DNA of 64,000 nucleotides from Beijerinckiaceae bacterium (lineage in GTDB: Bacteria; Pseudomonadota; Alphaproteobacteria; Rhizobiales; Beijerinckiaceae): positions 2,928 to 66,927 of the forward strand of contig CANJWR010000001.1 in assembly GCA_947478455.1 (NCBI GenBank). Reading direction: 5' to 3'. Made by a program: the position numbers and the translations under genes. The notes under the pieces were generated by a model. The model was not told the origin of the DNA, searched no databases, and worked only from the letters and a program-made list of their open reading frames with translations. This document shows positions 42,228 through 50,731 of the stretch, in pieces (position 1 is the stretch's first letter; each line of letters begins with the position of its first letter).

Positions 42228-42286
42228 GCCAAACTCCTTAAAAAATTCGTGCCGTTCGTTTGGCATTCGAAATTCCGGAGGTCAAG

Positions 42287-42664
42287 TCAGCCCGTCTTTC
42301 GGCTTTGCCGTACCCGAATATCGAGAAATTTCAACATTTCCTTGAGTTCGTTTGGTTCCAGTTTGCCGATCTGCTGGGCAAGTCTGTTGGAATATTCTGT
42401 AGCCTCAGGGCTCATTCCGCCGGTATCGATTGTCACTCGCGGATTTGAAATCTGGGCCAGGCGCTCCAGCTCCTCAGCCTCATCCCAGATCACGTTGAAG
42501 TATGAAATGATCCGCTGGACCAGATACCAGGCAGGCGTGCCACGCTTTCCGTGCTCAAGCGCGGACAGATAAGCCGAAGAGACACCAATTTCGGCAGCCA
42601 TTTGCTTCAAAGTGACGGATTTTTGCTGGCGCAGCTCGCGCAATTTTCGACCGAACGGGGTCAT
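42287..42664 (-). CDS. XRE-family helix-turn-helix transcriptional regulator
   Basis: 125 aa with LRELRQQKSVTLKQMAAEIGVSSAYLSALEHGKRG. Its start overlaps the Smr gene stop by 4 nt. Confidence 0.8.
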   Translation of the reverse strand: MTPFGRKLRELRQQKSVTLKQMAAEIGVSSAYLSALEHGKRGTPAWYLVQRIISYFNVIWDEAEELERLAQISNPRVTIDTGGMSPEATEYSNRLAQQIGKLEPNELKEMLKFLDIRVRQSRKTG

Positions 42665-43296
42665 CTGGCATGCAATGCTGTATGATCATCGGAGCGTCGA
42701 ATTCGGACATATAATGCCCCGTACCCCCCCTGTGAGGGCGCCGCCTCCTCAAATCCGATCACGATTTTTCGCAGGCCTGGCTCCCTTAGCCACTGTGGCA
42801 CAATCTGTCGCAGAACTCCGGTTCGCCGGAATGTGTCATGCTCGGCCTGTTTGGAAACAGCTCCTTTGCCGGTGACGATCAACACGACCCGCGCCCCGTT
42901 CAAATAGCAGTTCCTAAGAAACCCGAGGACTTCCTGATGCGCTTCTTCCTGTCGCATACCGTGTAGATCAATAACAGCATCGACGCCCATCTGACGACGC
43001 GCCAATCGCCGCCTGATTTTCGGCTCAATAGGCGCGAGCGGTGGATAGGCTGAAGGAAGACGAGTTTGGTGCTTTGACGATAGAGGATGGTTGATCTTCG
43101 CCGGTACGCTGGGCGATTCAGACAATGTCTTTTGCTTTTTCAGCTCCTGGGTTGTGATCCTCGCTGGCTGGTCCATTCTTGATTTGATGGATTCTGGATA
43201 CATTTTCCGAACGTCGTGCGTGACGTGTAACCATAGGTCAATTTCATGCCTAGTGAGTTCCCGGGATCGGCGCGATGTTAAGGCTTCTTGCTTCAC
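42661..43296 (-). CDS. Smr (MutS2-related small nuclease) domain protein
   Basis: C-terminal Smr domain (IDLHGMRQEEAH...VVLIVTGKG). Confidence 0.8.
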   Translation of the reverse strand: MKQEALTSRRSRELTRHEIDLWLHVTHDVRKMYPESIKSRMDQPARITTQELKKQKTLSESPSVPAKINHPLSSKHQTRLPSAYPPLAPIEPKIRRRLARRQMGVDAVIDLHGMRQEEAHQEVLGFLRNCYLNGARVVLIVTGKGAVSKQAEHDTFRRTGVLRQIVPQWLREPGLRKIVIGFEEAAPSQGGYGALYVRIRRSDDHTALHAR

Positions 43297-44417
43297 AAGC
43301 CGGTCTCCTCGCGCGGCAAAAGGACGTAAACATCTGCTTCATGCCTGACATTACCAGCGCACCTTCCCGCCTCATCGCCGCTACCAAAAAACAGATCTAC
43401 CCGCGCCGAGCCCAAAATGGCTGATCCTGTATCCTGTGCGATCATCAATCTTGAAAACGGCGTTTTGGCATCGGTCTGCCAGGGGAGTCTGGCGTCAATC
43501 CAGAATGGCAAGCCGTATGGCCAGACATTTCGATCCACCGCAATAGATCGCAAGGCTGTCAGCGGAACACCCTGACCTCCAACAGGTCCAGATTCAACAT
43601 CGATATCGTTGTCGATCTTGAAGAAAACATAGGACTGATTTTGTTGCATCAACAATCGTCCAGCTTGTCCGGGATGCTGGCCTGCACTTCGCACCCATTC
43701 TTTGAGAGCCTGCAGTGACATGTCGCGAGCTGAAATTTTTCCGCTGTCGATTAGAATTCTACCGATAGACGAATAGGGTCGGCCATTGCGACCTGCATAG
43801 ATCAGCCGCAATTGCCGCCCATTTCTGAAAACAACGCGAGCAGATCCCTGAACTTGCGCCATGAAAAGTTCAATTCCGTCCCGCAGCCAAAGCAGAACGG
43901 GCGCTAGTCTGTCGATAGCGCCCGCGTCGATCTGTGCTCGATTCGGATAGGGGCAGAACGCGCCGTCGATTATTGTTCCTGCCGTATTCTGAGATTCCTC
44001 GGTCGGCGCTCGGTCAATAAATGGAATCTGGATTAAGTCGTCGGGCAGTCCATAGACCGGTTCGGTGAATTCGTCCGTCTTGATCGCAGAACCTTCCGTC
44101 ACCGGCTCATAATAGCCGGTCAAAAAGCCGTTTCCGTGCGGATCCGCATGTCCGGAAATTCGATAGACGGCAAAATTTTCCCGCCAAAACGAAATTGCCG
44201 ATTGCTTGTCGGTCGGGTGAGGGCCATTCAATGTTCTATCGCAAAGTGCTCGGAATGCCTGACCGACACTTTGTGCTTCTCGCAACACAGGATTCTGGTT
44301 AGCAATCGATTCACATGAACGGTGGAAAACCGCCCACGCATTCAGATGATCGTCGTCTAAAAACCCCTTGAGCGCGCTAAAATCGACCCGTTCAACTCCA
44401 TGCGCTGGCCTATGCAT
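43293..44417 (-). CDS. mltA: Membrane-bound lytic murein transglycosylase A
   Basis: MltA and 3D-domain sequence (GYYEP...LFMAQVQGSARV...IAQDTGSAILG). Confidence 0.88.
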   Translation of the reverse strand: MHRPAHGVERVDFSALKGFLDDDHLNAWAVFHRSCESIANQNPVLREAQSVGQAFRALCDRTLNGPHPTDKQSAISFWRENFAVYRISGHADPHGNGFLTGYYEPVTEGSAIKTDEFTEPVYGLPDDLIQIPFIDRAPTEESQNTAGTIIDGAFCPYPNRAQIDAGAIDRLAPVLLWLRDGIELFMAQVQGSARVVFRNGRQLRLIYAGRNGRPYSSIGRILIDSGKISARDMSLQALKEWVRSAGQHPGQAGRLLMQQNQSYVFFKIDNDIDVESGPVGGQGVPLTALRSIAVDRNVWPYGLPFWIDARLPWQTDAKTPFSRLMIAQDTGSAILGSARVDLFFGSGDEAGRCAGNVRHEADVYVLLPREETGL

Positions 44418-44472
44418 CGCCCAAGACTTCCCAGAGTTTCATATGAAAATTTTGAACTGGCTACTCTGGCTA

Positions 44473-45192
44473 CTAATGACCTGAATCAGTTGCCAAGAGT
44501 TTCCAGTTTGGATCACGATCGCCAAGGTCGCGCGCGAATGTCCAGACATCGATCATATCAACGACTTTCTCGGCATTCCCATCGATGATGACGCCTGCTG
44601 CATCTCTTGTCGCGGTAATGAGCTTAGATTGAAATTTTACTGAAATCTGGGCAGTTTTACCGCGCGTCGTAATGTCTTCGATCGAAGACTTATCGATGGA
44701 CACAAAGGTGGTCTCGACTTTTTCGCTTCGAGCCTCTCGATCAGAAATCGCTTGCGAGAAACTATCAAACACGTCCTTCGCGAGAAGATTGCGCAGCGTG
44801 ACGCGATCTCCTGACGCAAAGGCCAGAACAATCATCTCATAAGCGGATTTGGCGCCTTGGATGAACTGCTTCGGGGAAAAGCCGGGTTCAGCCGCCGCGA
44901 CGGCGTCGAGGCCGGACCAAACATTAGAGCCGGGCTCAGCAATACCGGCCCACCTATCTTTCCCGGGCTCGGCATCGGCCGCCGGCGAATCTGGTGTAGC
45001 GGCCGCGCCCGGCAACCGGACGACATTTCCGTCATCGCTGCCTGCGTCTCGAACAGTCGATTGTCTTGGCGCTCGATTGAAAGGATCCTGCGGGGGCTTT
45101 TCGTTTCCGGTTCGTGTTCCCAGAACGGACCGCAGTTTCCATACGACGAAAACCGCCAGAATGGCAAAGATGACCGTGGTGATATCGAACAT
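44473..45192 (-). CDS. Tim44-like domain membrane protein
   Basis: N-terminal TM helix, a Pro/Ala-rich linker and a C-terminal Tim44-like fold region. It sits in the conserved position next to secB in alphaproteobacteria. Confidence 0.78.
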   Translation of the reverse strand: MFDITTVIFAILAVFVVWKLRSVLGTRTGNEKPPQDPFNRAPRQSTVRDAGSDDGNVVRLPGAAATPDSPAADAEPGKDRWAGIAEPGSNVWSGLDAVAAAEPGFSPKQFIQGAKSAYEMIVLAFASGDRVTLRNLLAKDVFDSFSQAISDREARSEKVETTFVSIDKSSIEDITTRGKTAQISVKFQSKLITATRDAAGVIIDGNAEKVVDMIDVWTFARDLGDRDPNWKLLATDSGH

Positions 45193-45435
45193 ATGTATGG
45201 TCTGCTTTTCTTCCTAGACATCAGGCTTCTGCCTGGGGCATTCGTACAATATAGCTCATTTTCGAGCGAATTTCTCGGCATGCTCCGAGGTTCGCAAGTT
45301 TTCAGGGCGGCGTGAAAAACTTGCCTCTCTTGTTTCCAACCGGCTTCCATGGTACCGGGCCAGCCTAAGAACATACGATTTTGGACCGTTTTACGGTTTT
45401 TCTGTCGTAATTTTGTTTTGGCTTAGGAGTTTACA

Positions 45436-45912
45436 ATGGCGGAAGGCAACGGGGCAGCTGCAGGTGCAAATGCATCCCCGCAATTGAATGTTTTGGTTCA
45501 GTACACAAAGGATTTGTCCTTTGAGAATCCTAACGCCCCCCAGTCGCTTGGGCCGCAGGAAAATGGTCCTAACATCTCGATTCAGGTCAACGTTAACGCC
45601 AAGCAACTAGCCGAAACAGACTTTGAAGTCTCGCTGACTTTGGAAGGCTCCGCCGGAGAAGGCGCCGGAACTCTGTTCAAGTTCGAACTGACCTATTGTG
45701 GCGTTTTTCGCCTTCAGAATATTCCGGCAAACGACATACCAGCGGTCATTCTGATTGAGTGCCCTCGATTGTTGTTCCCGTTTGCGCGTCAGATCGTCGG
45801 TGATGCAGTCCGAAACGGCGGTTTCCCGCCGCTGTTTATTGACCCGATCGATTTCCATGCGCTCTATGTGCAGCGTGCAGCCGCGAATCAAGGCAACCCT
45901 GCGATCGCCTGA
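45436..45912 (+). CDS. secB: Protein-export chaperone SecB
   Basis: [19 protein letters not shown]...[14 protein letters not shown]. Confidence 0.95.
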   Translation: MAEGNGAAAGANASPQLNVLVQYTKDLSFENPNAPQSLGPQENGPNISIQVNVNAKQLAETDFEVSLTLEGSAGEGAGTLFKFELTYCGVFRLQNIPANDIPAVILIECPRLLFPFARQIVGDAVRNGGFPPLFIDPIDFHALYVQRAAANQGNPAIA

Positions 45913-46605
45913 TCAGGATTCACTGCGGTATTGATTCCAAAACGCCTTGTCGCCGATCTGGGCGACAAGCTGTTCATGAGCATCCTGTTCGCTCGGGCTC
46001 AGCATAGATGGCAATTTGGAAGTGCGCGCGCCACGCACAACCTTGATCTCGCGCACGACCTTTGCGACACTTGTCTGAAGGACGAGGGCTGTTTGCCGCC
46101 CACCCATCAGTTCACAGTATACGTCAGCCAGAATTTCCGAATCCAGCAAGGCGCCATGTTTGGTTCGACGAGAATTATCGATCTTGTATCGTGAACAGAG
46201 GGCATCAAGACTGTTCGACGCGCCTGGGTGTTTTTTTCGAGCAATTGCAAGAGTGTCAACTACGCGAGCCATCCCGAGCGGGGGCCTCCCAATTCGCGCC
46301 AACTCGGCGTTTATGAAGCGCATATCGAATTCGGCATTGTGAATGACCAGCCGATCTTCGCCAATGAATTCAAGAAAATCGTCGGCAACATCAGCAAACA
46401 ACGGCTTGCCGGCGAGAAACTCCCGCGAAAGCCCGTGCACACGAAAAGCTTCATCCGGAACGTCCCGCTGCGGATCAATATACTGATGAAAGACTTGACC
46501 GGTTGGAATTGAATTCAGCAATTCAAGGCAACCTATTTCGACAAGTCGATCACCCTTTTGGGGATCAAGGCCTGTCGTTTCAGTATCGAGGATTATTTCA
46601 CGCAT
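45913..46605 (-). CDS. dnaQ: DNA polymerase III epsilon subunit (3-prime to 5-prime exonuclease)
   Basis: Exo motifs REIILDTETTGL, IHNAEFD and HGALLDSEILADVY. Its stop abuts the secB stop with no spacer. Confidence 0.95.
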   Translation of the reverse strand: MREIILDTETTGLDPQKGDRLVEIGCLELLNSIPTGQVFHQYIDPQRDVPDEAFRVHGLSREFLAGKPLFADVADDFLEFIGEDRLVIHNAEFDMRFINAELARIGRPPLGMARVVDTLAIARKKHPGASNSLDALCSRYKIDNSRRTKHGALLDSEILADVYCELMGGRQTALVLQTSVAKVVREIKVVRGARTSKLPSMLSPSEQDAHEQLVAQIGDKAFWNQYRSES

Positions 46606-47206
46606 TTAGAATTCGCTCCTTCTGCCTAGAAGCCAGCGATCTCAGAATTGCATCGACCTGCGATTTGGCAAACGAGAATCCATCCGCTGTATTTATCAGA
46701 TAATGGGCGCGCTGCCGTTTTTCCTGATCCGGCATTTGTTTGGCAGTGATCGCTGCAAATTTTTCAGCCGTCATCCCCGGACGAGACAGAACTCGTACTT
46801 TCTGGATTTCGATTGGCGCCGTCACCACCAGAATGGCGTCGAAAGTGGCTGGATTCCTGGATTCAAACAACAACGGAATGTCGAGGACGACAAACCGGGA
46901 GTTACTCTGCTGATTTTCTGCCAGAAACTTCGCTTCACGGGCTCTCACCAGCGGATGAACAACAGCTTCGAGTCGCTTGAGTTCTTCCGGATGACCAAGT
47001 ACGCGCGCCGCCAATAAAGCTCTGTCGACCTTTCCATTCCTGGCTACACCGGGAAAGGCTTGCTCGATCAGCGGCGTGGCTTCACCTGCGTAAAGTTCAT
47101 GAACAGTGGCGTCAGAATCATGAACCGCGACACCGCGCGCGCGAAACATGTCGCAAGTCGCCGACTTGCCCATGCCGATTGAGCCTGTCAAACCTAATAC
47201 GACCAT
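46598..47206 (-). CDS. coaE: Dephospho-CoA kinase
   Basis: VLGLTGSIGMGKS P-loop; 202 aa. Confidence 0.92.
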   Translation of the reverse strand: MVVLGLTGSIGMGKSATCDMFRARGVAVHDSDATVHELYAGEATPLIEQAFPGVARNGKVDRALLAARVLGHPEELKRLEAVVHPLVRAREAKFLAENQQSNSRFVVLDIPLLFESRNPATFDAILVVTAPIEIQKVRVLSRPGMTAEKFAAITAKQMPDQEKRQRAHYLINTADGFSFAKSQVDAILRSLASRQKERILNA

Positions 47207-47221
47207 GCCTGTTCATCTCCA

Positions 47222-47830
47222 TCAGCCGGCCAGCAAACCTCTTCGGCGCAATTGATCTGTGAGTTGTAGTAACGGCAAGCCCAAAATCGTCCAATAGTCC
47301 CCCTCGATAGATTCAATCAGATGAATTCCTTCTGCCTCCATCTGATAGACGCCAACTGAACCGAAGATTTTTGATCCGCTGACGTCGAGGTATCTCTCGA
47401 TCGTCCCCGGAGTCAGCGGTCTGATCTTGACGCGAGCACTGCTGACGCTCGACAACACAATCTGTTCATCAAGGACAAGGACCGCTGCGGACCAAAGCAA
47501 ATGTTGCGTATTGGAGAAGCGTCGAAGCTGATCAGCAGCTTCACTCCTTGATGACGATTTTGAAATGATTTGACCGTTGTGTTCGAGCGTCTGATCACTA
47601 CCAAGCACGTAGCGACCAGGATTGCTTTTGGAGACAGCCATGGCCTTCTGGAGGGATAGAATCTTCGCCAGGCCTTCGGCACTTTCCTCAGAATGCAGTA
47701 CTTTCAGGGCCTCTTCATCAACATTTGGTGCTATGGGTTGGAATGCTACGCCTGCCGAGGTCAGCATTCGGGCTCTTGCCTCGCTTTTTGAAGCCAAAAT
47801 GAGCGGTGCAGATCCTAGCCAGAAACTCAT
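47222..47830 (-). CDS. maf: Maf-family nucleoside triphosphate pyrophosphatase
   Basis: LILASKSEARARML...GSDQ...YQMEAEG. Confidence 0.88.
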   Translation of the reverse strand: MSFWLGSAPLILASKSEARARMLTSAGVAFQPIAPNVDEEALKVLHSEESAEGLAKILSLQKAMAVSKSNPGRYVLGSDQTLEHNGQIISKSSSRSEAADQLRRFSNTQHLLWSAAVLVLDEQIVLSSVSSARVKIRPLTPGTIERYLDVSGSKIFGSVGVYQMEAEGIHLIESIEGDYWTILGLPLLQLTDQLRRRGLLAG

Positions 47831-47835
47831 CGTAG

Positions 47836-48666
47836 CTACTGTGCGATCTGTTTCATTTTGTGGGCCTTATGGAGATCTATAATTGCCGCCGCCGTTTCCT
47901 CTATCGAGCGTCTCGTAACATCGATAAACGGCCAGTCGTGCTGGGCAAAAAGGCGACGCGAATGGGCCACCTCTTCGGCGACCGACATACGGTCGACATA
48001 GGATGTTTCCTGATCCGCGTTCAATGCCAATAAGCGGTTCTGGCGGATCTGCACAATTCGTTCTGGGGACGCAAGAAGTCCGACAACAAGCGGGCGTCGC
48101 AAGGTTTCTACGGATGCTGGCAATGGCACGTCCGGCACAAGAGGCACGTTTGCTGTTTTGATCCCTCGATTTGCGAGATAAATACTGGTCGGCGTTTTCG
48201 ATGTCCGACTTACTCCGAGCAAGACTACGTCGGCCTGCTCCAGATTCTCAGGTTGCTGACCATCGTCGTGGAGCATCGTAAAGTTGAGAGCGTCAATCCG
48301 CTTGAAATATTCAGCATTGAGCATGTGCTGCGCGCCGGGGCGGGAGATCGACGCTGTCCCGAGATACGATTCGAAAACCCCAAAAATAGGTTGCAGCACG
48401 GACAAACATGGACTGCCGTTTTCGCGGCACGCATTTTCAAGCACCGATGAAAGTTCGGAATCTACCAGTGTGAAAAGCACAATGCCCGGCGCTGCTTCTA
48501 TTTCGGCGATGGCTCTGTCTATCTGTGCCCTGGTTCGCACGAGCGGATAGACATGTTCAATCGAAGCGACTCCTTGATACTGCGCAGCGACTGCTCTGCT
48601 GACAGCAATCAGGGTTTCTCCCGTCGCATCGGAAACGAGGTGCAGGTGAAAATAGTTTCTCGTCAC
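47836..48666 (-). CDS. Pyruvate, phosphate dikinase / PEP synthetase regulatory protein (PpsR/DUF299 family)
   Basis: [15 protein letters not shown] and [11 protein letters not shown] motifs. The start is placed at the GTG at 48666, preceded by GGAAGG, giving 276 aa. The ORF-track ATG at 48726 has no SD and adds 20 aa. Confidence 0.85.
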   Translation of the reverse strand: MTRNYFHLHLVSDATGETLIAVSRAVAAQYQGVASIEHVYPLVRTRAQIDRAIAEIEAAPGIVLFTLVDSELSSVLENACRENGSPCLSVLQPIFGVFESYLGTASISRPGAQHMLNAEYFKRIDALNFTMLHDDGQQPENLEQADVVLLGVSRTSKTPTSIYLANRGIKTANVPLVPDVPLPASVETLRRPLVVGLLASPERIVQIRQNRLLALNADQETSYVDRMSVAEEVAHSRRLFAQHDWPFIDVTRRSIEETAAAIIDLHKAHKMKQIAQ

Positions 48667-48705
48667 TTGCTGCCTTCCAAGCCTGTGGTTTATCTGGTGA
48701 GGTGT

Positions 48706-48714
48706 TGTGGATAA
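48706..48714 (-). promoter_or_regulatory. Perfect DnaA box (TTATCCACA on the minus strand)
   Basis: The plus strand reads TGTGGATAA. This is the only perfect 9-mer I found in the window. Confidence 0.7.
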
Positions 48715-48888
48715 ATCAAAGCTCATCTTAGCACAGTTGGCGATTCGGTATGGTCTGTGACTTCAGAACCGCATCGGTCCACAAGCTGTAAGGATTGATG
48801 CTGCCCGGTTCGAGTTCTGTGGAAAGCGAGAAGGAAGGCAGATGATCGGAAGCAACTTGTTAATAAGTTGTTCACTATTTTGATTTCA

Positions 48889-48903
48889 TTAACGTTTCAT
48901 TAA
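48889..48903. promoter_or_regulatory. CtrA-type binding motif TTAA-N7-TTAA
   Basis: TTAAcgtttcaTTAA, generated by a tandem 11-bp repeat TTTCATTAAC(G/C) at 48884-48905 inside the AT-rich block. Confidence 0.55.
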
Positions 48904-49064
48904 CCTCCTACACTAACCAAGCCTCCTGTGGATTGTGGGGAGATCAAGCATTCCGCGAACTTTTCAGCATGCGGGCGGATATGCCCGATTCTCACAGGAC
49001 ATTAAAATCAGAAAACAATCAGATTCAAATAGGTTATAGAGGACCCACGCAGAGTGGAGCAGAG

Positions 49065-50102
49065 ATGGACAAGGGCGCAGAAAAGAAAATTCTTCGGGTT
49101 TTGAATGGTGAAATCCAAAAAAAGCCGCCCATATGGCTTATGAGACAGGCGGGTAGATATCTGCCTGAATACAGGGAGCTACGAGCTACCGAACCCAGTT
49201 TCATGGACTTCTGTTTCAATCCTAAAAAGGCATCGGAAGCCACTCTGCAACCAATCAGGCGTTTTGGGTTCGATGCAGCCATACTTTTTTGCGACATTCT
49301 GGTCATACCGAATGCTCTCGGACAGAAAGTGTCATTCGAGACAGGCGAGGGACCACGCTTGAATCCGATCGAAGACATTTCGGACTTCCAGAAGTTGTAT
49401 GAACGTCTCGATATGAATCAGCTTTCCACAGTCTTTGAAGCCATTGAACGCGTGAAGGAGAAGCTTCCCGAGGATACAGCCTTGTTGGGATTTTGCGGAG
49501 CCCCGTGGACAGTCGCGAGCTACATGATCGCTGGTAAAGGAACGCCAGATCAAGGTCCTGCGCGCTTGTTCGCATATAGGAATCCCGATTTGTTTCAAAA
49601 ACTCATCGAAAAGATCGTTGATGCCTCGATTATATATCTGATTGCCCAATTTCAGGCGGGCGTTGATGCCGTCCAGATATTTGATTCTTGGTCTGGAGTT
49701 TTACCGGGTAGTGAATTTCAAAAGTGGTGCTTCGAGCCTTTAAAGACGATTGTGGACGGTGTTAAAGCTAAAATTCCTGAGGCGCCAATAATCGCGTTTC
49801 CTCGAGCTGCGACATCGCATCTTCAAGAAATTGCTTCATTGCAGGGGATCAGCGCTATTGGTCTTGACACCTCTACGGATGTTAGGTGGGCGAAGCGAAA
49901 TCTGCCAACCGAAATCGTCGTTCAAGGCAATCTCGATCCCCTTGCTCTTATTGCTGGCGGAAGGTCTCTCGATCTATCGGTCGACAGCATTAATGAGGCA
50001 TTTTCTAATCGACCCCACATTTTCAATCTTGGACATGGAATTTTGCCGCAGACCCCTATTTCGCATGTTGAACAGCTTGTAGCCAGGATTCGGGGAGCCT
50101 AG
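49065..50102 (+). CDS. hemE: Uroporphyrinogen decarboxylase
   Basis: PPIWLMRQAGRYLPEY near the N-terminus. The ATG at 49065 is preceded by GGAG, giving 345 aa. The ORF-track start at 48933 would run into the origin region. Confidence 0.93.
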   Translation: MDKGAEKKILRVLNGEIQKKPPIWLMRQAGRYLPEYRELRATEPSFMDFCFNPKKASEATLQPIRRFGFDAAILFCDILVIPNALGQKVSFETGEGPRLNPIEDISDFQKLYERLDMNQLSTVFEAIERVKEKLPEDTALLGFCGAPWTVASYMIAGKGTPDQGPARLFAYRNPDLFQKLIEKIVDASIIYLIAQFQAGVDAVQIFDSWSGVLPGSEFQKWCFEPLKTIVDGVKAKIPEAPIIAFPRAATSHLQEIASLQGISAIGLDTSTDVRWAKRNLPTEIVVQGNLDPLALIAGGRSLDLSVDSINEAFSNRPHIFNLGHGILPQTPISHVEQLVARIRGA

Positions 50103-50108
50103 GTATCG

Positions 50109-50534
50109 ATGTTGTATCTCTCCGTTAAGGCTGTGCATATATTGGCGGTCATATCTTGGATGGCAGGACTTCTTTATCTACCACGTTTGTTTGTTTATCA
50201 TACAAATTCTTCCATAGGATCTTCAGAAAATGAGACATTTAAGATAATGGAGAGACGTTTATACAAAGGTATAATGATACCTGCAATGATTTTTACATGG
50301 CTTACCGGATTAAGTCTATCCATTTATGGCAGTTTTTATACGGATAGATGGTTTCAGGCCAAGTTTGCGCTCGTTATATTTTTAACAATCGTTCATTTTT
50401 ATCTTAGATCATTTATTATATTATTTTTTTTGGGTCACCGAGTAAGAAGCGGTCGGTTTTTTAGAATTCTGAATGAAGTTCCCACGCTTCTGATGATCGG
50501 GATCGTCTTTTTGGTCGTGCTTCGACCATTATGA
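50109..50534 (+). CDS. hemJ: HemJ-type protoporphyrinogen IX oxidase (UPF0093/CopD-like membrane protein)
   Basis: 141 aa with four hydrophobic helices and the family N-terminus (KAVHILAVISWMAGLLYLPRLFVYH). It lies immediately downstream of hemE. Confidence 0.82.
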   Translation: MLYLSVKAVHILAVISWMAGLLYLPRLFVYHTNSSIGSSENETFKIMERRLYKGIMIPAMIFTWLTGLSLSIYGSFYTDRWFQAKFALVIFLTIVHFYLRSFIILFFLGHRVRSGRFFRILNEVPTLLMIGIVFLVVLRPL

Positions 50535-50731
50535 GTCTGAGCCGTTGCAGCTTGTCACAGGTCGGGAATCGTTTTAGGGTTTTTGTCCCTCCTCCGGCAG
50601 GCTTCCAGCTGTGCGGTTCCCAGATTTTGTAGCTTGAGCTCCAGCGCAATTCGGGATCCGGTTGGATTATCTGCAGTCCCATTTTGTTTGGCCTGGCAAC
50701 AGTTCGGGCTACGATTCATAGGATGATCCCC

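Larger units (their letters stand above)
48667..49064. other. Candidate chromosomal replication origin (oriC, hemE-linked alphaproteobacterial type)
   Basis: It contains a perfect DnaA box plus several 7/9 variants, a 51-bp block at about 25 percent GC, a TTAA-N7-TTAA site and three GANTC sites. The coding strand switches across this spacer. Confidence 0.65.

Noticed and set aside
42287-43296. The Smr-domain gene overlapping an XRE regulator as a toxin-antitoxin or defence pair
   Set aside because: The pair sits in an mltA-smr-xre arrangement within the conserved origin cluster, with no mobile-element context. Neither protein has toxin-type motifs. It is more likely a housekeeping operon.
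50535-50731. The 197-nt hemJ-rho spacer as a Rho autoregulatory leader (rut site)
   Set aside because: Such a role is plausible from E. coli precedent. However, the sequence is not visibly C-rich and G-poor, and I see no defined attenuator structure, so I cannot support a feature call.
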